Below, piece by piece: positions 38,731-48,833 of a stretch of 64,000 nucleotides of DNA. The notes beneath the pieces are model-generated. The model searched no databases, was not told where the DNA came from, and saw nothing but the letters and a program-made list of their open reading frames with translations. The position numbers and the translations under genes are program-made. The stretch lies in the NCBI GenBank assembly GCA_965232515.1, contig CBDDPY010000002.1, positions 32,001 through 96,000 of the forward strand, written 5' to 3'. How positions within the stretch are numbered: the first letter of the stretch is position 1; every line of letters begins with the position of its first letter. This DNA is from Alphaproteobacteria bacterium (lineage in GTDB: Bacteria; Pseudomonadota; Alphaproteobacteria; GCA-2731375).

Positions 38731-39840
38731 GGCGGTGGGCTTCTGGCCGATGATCTTGCGGTCCTTGTTGATCTCGCGCAGCATCTCGATGCCGTCGGCG
38801 GCGATGGCGTCGCCGACCATGAAGTCGGCCTCGGACGCCAGGCCCTCCATGTCGACCCAGTTGGCGTAGATCTGCCGCGTGCGGTCGGTGATGATGTCGG
38901 CGCCCAGCAGCGTTTTGACTAGCACCCGGAAGATGTTGGTGCCTTCCTTCAAGGTGTTGCGCCGGTCGTCGTCGCCGAAGTTCTCGCGCACGGCGTCCCG
39001 CACCCATTCCCATTCCAGGCCGAACTGCGGATAGATGTGCCGCTTCTGGCGCACGTTCACCAGGTTGAACAGCAGCGTCTCGAAGCACTGGGCGGCCCAG
39101 TCCTCGACGATGTCGTGCTCTTCCGGGCTCAGCTTCGAGATCGTGCGGTCGGCCCAGATCTTGCCGAAGCGGTGGTGGAAGGCCTCGTCCGTCATCACCA
39201 GCTGCACCAGGCGCTTCAGCAGCGGATCGTTGGTGTGCGCGTGAATGCTGGCGAACGCGCCCATGGCCAGGCCCTCGACCAGCATCTGCATACCGACCAG
39301 CTTGCGATAGACCTCGGGCGCCGCGACCAGCTCTTGCAGCAGCCGGCCGAGCTCGTCGCCCACCTTGTAGGGCGTGCCCCAGCGCTTGCCGATGTAACGG
39401 CCGAAGGCGGTCACGTGCCGGGCTTCCTCGCGCGCCTGGTTGGCGGCGTATTCCTGGGCGCCCGGATCGTAGAGGATGTCGCACAGGCTGGCGCTCAGCG
39501 ACAGCGCGCCCTGCTCGCCGTGCAGAATACCCGACAACGTCCAGCGCGTGATCTCGTTCGCGAGCCGGATCTGCTGGCCCTCGTCCAGGCGGTCGGCGAC
39601 GGCGCTGTTCAGCTCGGGGAAGCGTTCGGGCGGCATCAGGTATTCGTTCTCGAGATCGAATTCGATGTCGAAATCGAGATAGGCCGTGTCCATCGGGTCC
39701 CAGAAATGGTCGTGGGTGGCCGAGATGATGCCATCGAAGGCGTCGGTGCGCTGGGCATAGCGTGCGACGTCGATCATGGCCTCGAAATCGTCCGGCGCGA
39801 CGGTGTTGTAGATCGGGTCGTGGGTGATGTGCTTGGCCAT
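38725..39840 (-). CDS. Ferritin-like diiron protein (AurF-like class)
   Basis: HGEQGA, EEARH, VEG and DEAFH give an E...ExxH...E...ExxH ligand set; GAGG RBS. Confidence 0.85.
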   Translation of the reverse strand: MAKHITHDPIYNTVAPDDFEAMIDVARYAQRTDAFDGIISATHDHFWDPMDTAYLDFDIEFDLENEYLMPPERFPELNSAVADRLDEGQQIRLANEITRWTLSGILHGEQGALSLSASLCDILYDPGAQEYAANQAREEARHVTAFGRYIGKRWGTPYKVGDELGRLLQELVAAPEVYRKLVGMQMLVEGLAMGAFASIHAHTNDPLLKRLVQLVMTDEAFHHRFGKIWADRTISKLSPEEHDIVEDWAAQCFETLLFNLVNVRQKRHIYPQFGLEWEWVRDAVRENFGDDDRRNTLKEGTNIFRVLVKTLLGADIITDRTRQIYANWVDMEGLASEADFMVGDAIAADGIEMLREINKDRKIIGQKPTAA

Positions 39841-39875
39841 AGCCGCCTCTTGCCAGCGTGTTCCTCGTGCGTACT

Positions 39876-39896
39876 TTACGTTGACGTAAACGTAAG
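39876..39896. promoter_or_regulatory. Overlapping LiuR-type (MerR family) boxes
   Basis: TTACGT-TG-ACGTAA overlapping TGACGT-AA-ACGTAA; ACGT at 39878, 39884 and 39890. Confidence 0.65.
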
Positions 39897-39939
39897 GGCA
39901 AATGGTAAATCTTCGGTCGTCGCCGATTTCTGTCCGCCA

Positions 39940-39974
39940 ACCCCAACAACAGGGACTGTCCCTGTTGTTGGGGT
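39940..39974. repeat. Perfect 17-bp inverted repeat
   Basis: ACCCCAACAACAGGGAC-T-GTCCCTGTTGTTGGGGT. Confidence 0.9.
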
Positions 39975-40042
39975 AGCTCGCCAACTGCGGGCGTGGCCTG
40001 TAAGCTGCCGGCCGCGTTTGTTTTCCAAGGGAAGGGGCCCAT

Positions 40043-41242
40043 ATGACCGCGTCGGACGACCGGCTGCCGCTGGCGGATATCACGGTTCTGGAGTTCAGCC
40101 ACGCGGTCATGGGGCCGACCTGCGGCATGTTCCTGGCCGATCTCGGGGCCGAAGTGCTGAAGCTCGAGCCGGCGCCGGCCGGCGACCGCACGCGGCATCT
40201 GGCGGGCGCCGGGGCCGGCTTCTTCGGCATGTACAGCCGCAACAAGAAGAGCCTCGCCATCGACCTGAAGGCGCCCGAATGCCGCCCGGCGGTCGAGGCC
40301 CTGATCCGGCAGGCCGACGTGATGATCGAGAATTTCGCGCTCGGCACCATGGACCGGCTCGGCCTCGGCTATGCCGACGCGTCGGCGCTCAACCCGCGCC
40401 TCGTCTATTGCCAGCTCAAGGGCTTCCTCAGCGGGCCCTACGAGGAGCGCCGGGCGCTGGACGAGATCGCCCAGATGATGAGCGGCCTCGCCTACATGAC
40501 CGGCCCGCCGGACCGGCCGCTCAGGGCCGGCACCTCGATCATCGACATCCTCGGCGGCATGAGCGGCGTCATCGGCATCATGGCGGCGTTGCGCGAGCGC
40601 GAGCGCACCGGCCGCGGCCAGAACGTGCGCGCCGGTCTGTTCGAGGCGGCGGCGCTCACCATGGGCCAGCATATCGTCCAGCACGCGATCACCGGCGAGC
40701 CGCTGGAGCCGATGTCGGTGGCGCGGCGGGCCTGGGGCATCTACGACATCTTCAAGACCTCGGACGGCAAATCGATCTTCATGGGCGTCGTCACCGACAC
40801 GCAGTGGCGGCGTTTCTGCGAGGACTTCGGGCGTGACGACTTCGCCGCCGACGACCGCCTGCAGACCAACAACGGCCGCATGGAGTCGCGCGACTGGCTG
40901 GTGCCCGCGGTGCAGGAGATGTGCGGCGCCATGACATCAGACGAGCTCCTGGCCAAGGCCGACGCGGCCGAGCTCGCCTTCGGCCCGGTGAACCGGCCGG
41001 AGGACCTGTTGGACGACCCGCATCTGAATGCCGATGGCCGCATGACCGAAACGCATCTGCCGGGCGGTGCCACGACCAAGGTGCCGCCACTGCCATTCGA
41101 ACTCGACGGCCGCGGCTTCGGCCTGCGCGAAGATCCGCCCGCGACGGGCCAGCACGGGCGGGAGATCCTGCAGCGCGCGGGTCTGGACGACGGGGCGATT
41201 AGCGCCCTGGCGGAGGCGGGGCACATCGTCCTGCCGGATTAG
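40043..41242 (+). CDS. CoA-transferase family III (CaiB/BaiF)
   Basis: VMGPTCG..LADLGAEV.K.E, RNKKS, IENF and GQH motifs. Confidence 0.94.
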   Translation: MTASDDRLPLADITVLEFSHAVMGPTCGMFLADLGAEVLKLEPAPAGDRTRHLAGAGAGFFGMYSRNKKSLAIDLKAPECRPAVEALIRQADVMIENFALGTMDRLGLGYADASALNPRLVYCQLKGFLSGPYEERRALDEIAQMMSGLAYMTGPPDRPLRAGTSIIDILGGMSGVIGIMAALRERERTGRGQNVRAGLFEAAALTMGQHIVQHAITGEPLEPMSVARRAWGIYDIFKTSDGKSIFMGVVTDTQWRRFCEDFGRDDFAADDRLQTNNGRMESRDWLVPAVQEMCGAMTSDELLAKADAAELAFGPVNRPEDLLDDPHLNADGRMTETHLPGGATTKVPPLPFELDGRGFGLREDPPATGQHGREILQRAGLDDGAISALAEAGHIVLPD

Positions 41243-41264
41243 AAGCCGCTTCGGGCACTGTTTG

Positions 41265-41391
41265 CCCTCACCCCAACCCTCTCCCGCAAGCGGGAGAGGG
41301 GGCCGCCACCGCGGCGGTTTGTTGCCCCTCTCCCGCTTGCGGGAGAGGGAGGGACCCGCGCGACGGCAGTCGCGTGGGAGGGTGAGGGCTA
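41265..41391. repeat. REP-like pair, family B, between convergent genes
   Basis: CCCTCACCCCAACCCTCTCCCGCAAGCGGGAGAGGG at 41265-41302 and an inverted long form at 41325-41391. Confidence 0.85.
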
Positions 41392-42327
41392 CGGCGTCGC
41401 CGCTTCTCCAACCCCCGCCTCACTCGGCAGCTTGTCCGGGTTCAGCACCGCGGCGATGCCCTGGATGCGGCCGTCGGCCATATCGAAGGCGAAGCTGGCG
41501 AACAGCACGCCGTCGATATGCACCAGCATGCCGGGCTCGGTGTTGATCCGGGCCCGTGTCCAGGTCGTGCCGGGCGGCGCCTTCTTCATCAGGCCGAGCA
41601 GGAAGCGCGCCACCTTGTCCGCGCCGCGTACCACGTTGAGCGCCGCTTTCGCCTTGCCGCCGCCGTCGCTGGTGATGGCGATGTCGTCGGTGAACAGCGC
41701 CAGCAGGCCATTGAGGTCGGCTTGCTCGCAGGCCGCCATGAATTGATCCCGCAGGCGCACGCGCTCGGCGTCGCTGACCTCGAAGCGCGGCCGGCCGGCA
41801 TGCACCCGGTCGCGGGCGCGCTTGACGATCTGCCGGCTGTTGGTGGCGCTGGTCTCCAGCACACCGGCGATCTCATCGTGGCCGTAATCGAACACGTCGT
41901 GCAGCAGGAACGCCGCGCGTTCGCGCGGGTTCAACGTTTCCAGCACCATCAGCAGCGCCATCGACAAGGCTTCCGCCGTCTCCAGCCGCGCCACGGCCTG
42001 CTCGCTGTCGTCGACCAGCAGCGGCTCCGGCAGCCAGGGCCCGACATAGCTCTCCCGCCGCACCCGGGCCGAGCGCAGATGGTCGATGCAGAGCCGGGTC
42101 AGCGTCGTCGTCAACCAGGCCGGCGCCGCCGCGGGCTCGGCCAGCTCGGCCCGGTGCCAGCGCAGATAGGTCTCCTGCACCATATCCTCGGCCTCGCTCA
42201 GGCTGCCGAGCATGCGGTAGGCGATGCCGACGAGGCGCGGCCGCTGCGCCTCGAACGCGGCCGCCTTGCCGGCGGCGCCCGTCGCCGCGTCAGACCTCGA
42301 AGGCGTATCGCTGACAGCTCTGCCCAT
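41389..42327 (-). CDS. ECF sigma factor, SigJ/ECF41 type with SnoaL-like C-terminus
   Basis: AYRMLGS..EAED, YVGPWLPEP and DGGGK motifs. Confidence 0.93.
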   Translation of the reverse strand: MGRAVSDTPSRSDAATGAAGKAAAFEAQRPRLVGIAYRMLGSLSEAEDMVQETYLRWHRAELAEPAAAPAWLTTTLTRLCIDHLRSARVRRESYVGPWLPEPLLVDDSEQAVARLETAEALSMALLMVLETLNPRERAAFLLHDVFDYGHDEIAGVLETSATNSRQIVKRARDRVHAGRPRFEVSDAERVRLRDQFMAACEQADLNGLLALFTDDIAITSDGGGKAKAALNVVRGADKVARFLLGLMKKAPPGTTWTRARINTEPGMLVHIDGVLFASFAFDMADGRIQGIAAVLNPDKLPSEAGVGEAATP

Positions 42328-42805
42328 GGCCCATGACCCGTTTCACGATCGGAAACACCTGCGCGCCGGCAATGGCGAAGGCGAGATCGACGATCGCCGC
42401 GCCACCGTAGCGCGCCGCCAGCGCCTCGCGCAATTCGTCGGCTCGCGGATCCTTGTCGACAATGGCCCGCGCGAACAGGTAAGCCTCGGTCAGCTCGTCC
42501 GGCAGGCATTCCGGCCGCTCGTCGATCACCGCACGCAGGACGTCGGCCGGCACCTCGTCCTTTCGCGCCTGGTTCAGGACGATCTGCACGCAGGGCCCGC
42601 AATCCTGCGCCAAGGACGCCACCAGGCGGGCGACGTGCAGGACCGGCTTCGGCACCGATTTGCGGTGGGCCGCGAAGGGCAGGAACAGCCCGAACTTGAA
42701 CAAAGCCGCCGGCGACGCGCGGTAGATGTCGCGCAGGTAATCGGCGGATTCGCCGAGCTCCGCCTCCGTCGCCCGGATGCTGCGCTCAACCATGGCCGAA
42801 ATCAT
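42290..42805 (-). CDS. AhpD / carboxymuconolactone decarboxylase-like protein
   Basis: DCGPC CxxC motif in a helical protein; overlaps the start of the ECF41 gene, the usual ECF41 context. Confidence 0.7.
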   Translation of the reverse strand: MISAMVERSIRATEAELGESADYLRDIYRASPAALFKFGLFLPFAAHRKSVPKPVLHVARLVASLAQDCGPCVQIVLNQARKDEVPADVLRAVIDERPECLPDELTEAYLFARAIVDKDPRADELREALAARYGGAAIVDLAFAIAGAQVFPIVKRVMGHGQSCQRYAFEV

Positions 42806-42915
42806 GTCTCTTCTCCCGTCTTCAACGAATTCATCGCCACCGGCCGGCGGCGCGTAGCCGGCCGTTGCGTGTAAGACGAGATGGCGGGATGGGACGTGAC
42901 AGAGTGACCGCAACC

Positions 42916-43001
42916 TGGATTGCCGGGTCAAGCCCGGCAATGACGGTTTTGGTTTTACATCAATGCCTTATCGTCATGCCCGGGCTTGACCCGGGCATCC
43001 A
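42916..43001. repeat. REP-like pair, family A
   Basis: TGGATTGCCGGGTCAAGCCCGGCAATGACG at 42916-42945 and CGTCATGCCCGGGCTTGACCCGGGCATCCA at 42972-43001. Confidence 0.88.
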
Positions 43002-43042
43002 GAAAGTGAGCCGGACGGGCATATTCGCGGACGGGAAAGCCG

Positions 43043-43687
43043 CTAATTCAACAGCGACGGGCCGTCGGCGTTTTCGATGTAGCGGATCAGCGGGATCCAG
43101 TCGCTCTGCATGGCGGCGGCCTGGCGGTTGCGCAGGTCGAAGATGCTCAGGCCCTGCCAGGCGACCTCGTTATAGATGCTGCGATCGGTCAGCCAACCAA
43201 CGTCGCGGGCGCTGGTGTCCTGGATGAAGCTGTCGAGCCGGGCGGCGGCGCGGGAGCCCCGGCGCACCCGGTTGCGGACCAGCGCGAAGGGCTTGCGGTT
43301 GCGCCGGATCGGCTTCAGCTCGCGCAGCTTGGCGAGGAACATCTCGGTCGACGACTGGTCGAAGGCCGACGGCAGCACCGGCACGACAATGACGTCGGCC
43401 CGCCGCACCAGCTCGCGGATCTGCTTCAGCCGGCTCGAGCCGGCCGAGTCGATCACCAGGCGCGCGATGTCCTTGGGCGCGTCCGACATCTGCTTCACCC
43501 AATCCAGGCCGACGATCGGCGCCGCCGAGTCCGGCCGTGCGTCCAGCCAGCCGAGGCAGGAGCGCTGGCGGTCCGTGTCGGCCAACGCCGTGCGCAGGCC
43601 GCCATTGGCGAAGGCCGCGGCCAGGTGTGTCGCGATGGTGGTCTTGCCGCATCCGCCTTTCGGATTGGCGACCAGGACGGAGATCAC
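43043..43687 (-). CDS. Small ParA-family ATPase without N-terminal HTH
   Basis: Deviant Walker A KGGCGKTT, DTDRQRS, VIDS and PVLPS.FD motifs. Confidence 0.92.
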   Translation of the reverse strand: MISVLVANPKGGCGKTTIATHLAAAFANGGLRTALADTDRQRSCLGWLDARPDSAAPIVGLDWVKQMSDAPKDIARLVIDSAGSSRLKQIRELVRRADVIVVPVLPSAFDQSSTEMFLAKLRELKPIRRNRKPFALVRNRVRRGSRAAARLDSFIQDTSARDVGWLTDRSIYNEVAWQGLSIFDLRNRQAAAMQSDWIPLIRYIENADGPSLLN

Positions 43688-43691
43688 GTTG

Positions 43692-45293
43692 TCAGGTCCC
43701 CTGTCGGTGCTGTTGCCAGAACGGCTTCGTGCCCACGAACCGGTGCCAGTCGCCGGCGATCCGCGGCCGCACCGCTTCCAGCGCCTGTGCGTACCAACCC
43801 AGCACCAGCCCGGCGCCTGTGGTCAGCGTGCCGAGACTGTTGCTGCTGCCGGTATCGGTGAGTCCGCGCAGCCGGACCTCGGCGACGGCGACATCGTTCA
43901 GATGGCCGAGATCGTCCTGCAGCTGGCGCAGCGCCTTGATATAGGGTTTGCTGCGCTTCTTGGCGTATAGCGAGGCAAAGAATTCAGCGGCATATCGCAG
44001 TTTCTTCAAGGCGATGCGCAGCTCGTGCAAGGCCTCGTCCGAGAGGTGCTTGAACCGCCGGCCCAGCTTCATCGCGGTCTTGTGGCGCTTCTGCAGCAGC
44101 CGGTCGGCGAGCTCGATCAGCGGCCGTTCCAGCTCGGCCGCCGATTGATGATTGCGCCAGCCATAGCCCTCGAGCCAGGCATTGAACTCCAGCACGAAGG
44201 CGGTATAGCGCGGCGATTGCAGCGCCGCCCGGGCGCGCTCGTAGCCGGACCGCCGCGCGTCCTCGACCGCGTCGCGCAAGGCCTTGAGATCGCTGTCGTC
44301 GGGCCGCGCGTCGATGACGGGTTGCAGCAGTTCGTCGCTGAACACATCCCAGTCGCGCGCCGCGCCCAGGTCGCCGATCAGCGCCTTCGCCTCCGTCTGC
44401 AGCCAGGTGGCGTCGTCCGGCGACAGCACGCCCTTGAACAGCGAGAGCGCCGAGCGCAGCCGGCGCAGCGCGACCCGCATCTGGTGCACGCCTTCCGGAT
44501 CGCTGCCGTCCAGCACGGCGGCGTGGTTGGCGAGCCAGTGCTGGCCGCATGCGTGGAACACCCGGCCCATGGCCGCGTCCAGCGTCACGTCGGGCGCCAG
44601 GTCTAGCCCGTTGGCCCGGTTGCCGAGATGGCGTTGCGTGGCGGCCAGCGCATAGCCGCGGGCGGCCTTGCTGACGGTCTCGATCTGCAGCGGTGTCTTC
44701 GCGTGCAAAGCGGCGGCGAAGGCATAGAGCGCTTGCGGCGCGCCTTCCAGCAGCTCGAACTCCATCTCGGAGATCGGCTCGCGGGTATCGTCGGTTCGGA
44801 TCTCGCCGCGGTCCAGCGCGACCTCGATCACCGCGCGCGGCTTGCCGCGTCCCGACGTGGTGACCGTTTTGATCCGCCGCGTCACATCGGTCGTGAACAC
44901 CGGCGCGAGTTCGCTCGGCAGGATCAGGCCCAGTCGTTCGAGCACGTCGGCGTCGTCGATCTTCGACAGATCCGGCGACAGGGATGGCACCGGCACCGAC
45001 CATTCGCCGCGCGCCATCAATCCGGCCGCGCCGCCGTTATCCGCCTTCAGCGTCTGGACCAGGCCCTTGCCGTTCTGCCGGATGCGCAGCGTGAACCCCT
45101 TGCGCTGCAGCCGCAGGTCGGATGTGTCGAAATAGGTTGAGACGAGATGTTGTTCCGATACCCGTCCCCGGCCACCGAGATGGGCCCGCCAGGCCGTATC
45201 CAGCGTCTCAGGCCGACCCCCGAGTTTCAGTTCGATTTCCAGATTGTAGGCCGCCGTCCCATCCCCCGACGCACCTTGTTCCGATGACCTCAC
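43692..45293 (-). CDS. CYTH plus CHAD domain protein (YgiF-like triphosphatase / polyphosphate-binding)
   Basis: EIELK, YFDT, LRIR, ALDRG and SKAARGY (CYTH); VHQMRVALRRLRS, LHELRIALKKLRY and LQDDLGHLND (CHAD). Confidence 0.92.
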   Translation of the reverse strand: MRSSEQGASGDGTAAYNLEIELKLGGRPETLDTAWRAHLGGRGRVSEQHLVSTYFDTSDLRLQRKGFTLRIRQNGKGLVQTLKADNGGAAGLMARGEWSVPVPSLSPDLSKIDDADVLERLGLILPSELAPVFTTDVTRRIKTVTTSGRGKPRAVIEVALDRGEIRTDDTREPISEMEFELLEGAPQALYAFAAALHAKTPLQIETVSKAARGYALAATQRHLGNRANGLDLAPDVTLDAAMGRVFHACGQHWLANHAAVLDGSDPEGVHQMRVALRRLRSALSLFKGVLSPDDATWLQTEAKALIGDLGAARDWDVFSDELLQPVIDARPDDSDLKALRDAVEDARRSGYERARAALQSPRYTAFVLEFNAWLEGYGWRNHQSAAELERPLIELADRLLQKRHKTAMKLGRRFKHLSDEALHELRIALKKLRYAAEFFASLYAKKRSKPYIKALRQLQDDLGHLNDVAVAEVRLRGLTDTGSSNSLGTLTTGAGLVLGWYAQALEAVRPRIAGDWHRFVGTKPFWQQHRQGT

Positions 45294-45329
45294 AAGCCTG
45301 TCCCGCGACCCTCGTACGATGCCCGATGT

Positions 45330-45399
45330 TTATTCGGATCAGCATATCCGAATAATTGTAATTTTTCTGCAACATTTCTTTCGTAAATCTGTCATTTAA
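45330..45399. promoter_or_regulatory. AT-rich regulatory region: 10-bp inverted repeat plus 11-bp-periodic Pho-box-like units
   Basis: TTATTCGGAT-N6-ATCCGAATAA at 45330-45355; TTGTAAT, CTGCAAC, CTTTCGT and CTGTCAT starting at 45356, 45367, 45378 and 45389. Confidence 0.5.
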
Positions 45400-45493
45400 C
45401 GTGAATACTCTGAAATGTTGCGCGCGCAAAGTAACATCGGTCTGCGGCGAAGTAAACCGACCGAACTTCTGATGTAAAAATGGCGTGTGGAGA

Positions 45494-47182
<1,689 letters not shown>

Positions 47183-47286
47183 CGTTGGCCTGTGCTCAGA
47201 TGGTCCGGTTCCCCGGCGCGTCCTTATCTGCCAGAAACGGCGTCCCACGCCAAGTCACGCATTGCCTTTGGCCGCAAAACGCAATT

Positions 47287-47484
47287 CCCTCTCCCCCCGC
47301 TTGCGGGGGGAGAGGGCAGGGTGAGGGGGGAACCGCGCGCAGCGCGCTTCACTGCACAACCACTGCTGAAATCAAGAAAATGCCGGGGAATACAGTTTAG
47401 TCGACGTCTACATCTGTAGCCCTCACCCTCCCACGCGACTGTTGTCGCGCGGGCCCCTCCCTCTCCCGCAGGCGGGAGAGGGGG
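47287..47484. repeat. Two REP-like elements, family B
   Basis: Short form at 47287-47330; long form at 47417-47484, nearly the exact reverse complement of 41325-41391. Confidence 0.85.
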
Positions 47485-47588
47485 TATTTGGCCGCGATCG
47501 ACCGTCGGCAGCGGATCGCGGCCGATTTCGGCTATGGTCTGCCCGACCCTTGATGCGAGTTCCCAACAACCCGAAAAGGCTTACCGGT

Positions 47589-48050
47589 ATGCAGAATAGC
47601 GAGTCGGGAGATCAGGTCGAGGCCAGGCTGCTCGACGTGATTGCGCGGGCGGACACCGACTTCCTCGCGCAGGACTATGCCTGGGCGCCGCTCGCGGCCG
47701 GCGCCGGCCCGCGCGACGACGCGCTCGCCTGCGTCCGCGACAAGGACGCCTGGCACGAATTCGTGCCGGCCGGACCCGACGACGATCCGGCGCGCCGGTT
47801 CCGCGTGGTCTGTTTCCGCTTCGCCGAGGGGCCCAGCGCGGCCGGCTTCGTCGGCTGGCTGCACACGCATCTGCGCGTTTCGGGTCGCACCGGCGCCATC
47901 GTCATCTGCGGCAAGGACCGGCGCGATTCCGACGCGCTGTTCCAGGTCTGCCAGGGCGTCATGGACTACTGGGCCTGCCCGCTACCGGCGGCCGACCGCT
48001 TCCTCGACGTCATCCGGTCGCTGATCGAGAAGGGGCAGGCGGCGCGGTGA
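47589..48050 (+). CDS. Hypothetical protein (DUF6196-like)
   Basis: DALACVRD, GFVGWL and DYWACP pattern; family assignment from memory. Confidence 0.6.
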   Translation: MQNSESGDQVEARLLDVIARADTDFLAQDYAWAPLAAGAGPRDDALACVRDKDAWHEFVPAGPDDDPARRFRVVCFRFAEGPSAAGFVGWLHTHLRVSGRTGAIVICGKDRRDSDALFQVCQGVMDYWACPLPAADRFLDVIRSLIEKGQAAR

Positions 48051-48086
48051 CAGCGGGTGCCGGTCAGGGGAAAGTCACTCCCACCT

Positions 48087-48172
48087 CGTCATTGCCGGAC
48101 TTGATCCGGCAATCCAACCGGCATCCGCGCAACGCGTCGTCCTGGATCACCGGGTCAAGCCCGGTGATGACG
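48087..48172. repeat. REP-like pair, family A, between convergent genes
   Basis: Inverted copies at 48087-48116 and 48143-48172. Confidence 0.88.
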
Positions 48173-48235
48173 AAAGGCGAGGCTAGCTGACGTTGTTCGC
48201 ATCGCCTCCGAAGCCGCGCCGGATCTCGATATCGC

Positions 48236-48658
48236 TCACATCATGCCGAGCTTTTTGGCCAGTTCCACGTCCCAATAGGTTGCCTCGATCTTGTGGCCGT
48301 CGGGGTCGCGGACGAAGCAGCCATAGTAGGGCTCGCCATATTCCGGCCGGGGGCCCGGCGCGCCGTCGTCGCTGGCGCCCGCCGCCAGCGCGGCTTCGTG
48401 GAAGGCAGCGACGGCCTCCTTGTTGGACGCGATGAAGGCGACATGCGTGCCGTTGCCGACCGAGGCGGTGTCGCCGTCAAATGGCGTCTGCACCCAGAAC
48501 TCGGGGAACATCTTGCCGTAGGCCACGGCGCCCGGATGCTCGTGCATGCGCTTGCAGCCGAGCGTCGGTAGCACCTTGTCGTAAAACGCCGTCGCCTTGT
48601 CGAAGTCGTTCGTGCCGACGGAAACGTGCGAAATGATGTTCGGGATCTCGTCATTCAT
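48236..48658 (-). CDS. VOC family protein
   Basis: SHVSVG, GNGTHVAF, GAPGPRP and FVRDPDGHKIEA motifs. Confidence 0.93.
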   Translation of the reverse strand: MNDEIPNIISHVSVGTNDFDKATAFYDKVLPTLGCKRMHEHPGAVAYGKMFPEFWVQTPFDGDTASVGNGTHVAFIASNKEAVAAFHEAALAAGASDDGAPGPRPEYGEPYYGCFVRDPDGHKIEATYWDVELAKKLGMM

Positions 48659-48833
48659 CGCGGCCGCCCTCCTGTTCCGGTCCGGTCTATCCTGGATGTC
48701 GGCGCGCCGCCCGTTTGACGCAAGCGCCGACGACGGGATACTCGCGCCACCCTGCTGACAAGGTTGTGTCAGCAGACCTGCGGCCTCAGAAGGGAGTCCC
48801 CGTGCGGGCCATCGTCCGCTACCATGCGCCGCC

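Noticed and set aside
37664-40684. 1006-aa minus-strand ORF suggesting a giant LLM fusion
   Set aside because: Only the last 292 aa look like LLM and they have their own RBS. The rest is an off-frame read-through of the ferritin-like gene and the antisense of the CoA-transferase, typical of high-GC DNA.
43043-43687. Plasmid or chromosome partition locus
   Set aside because: No parB, rep gene or parS-like site is visible, and the neighbours are chromosomal housekeeping genes.
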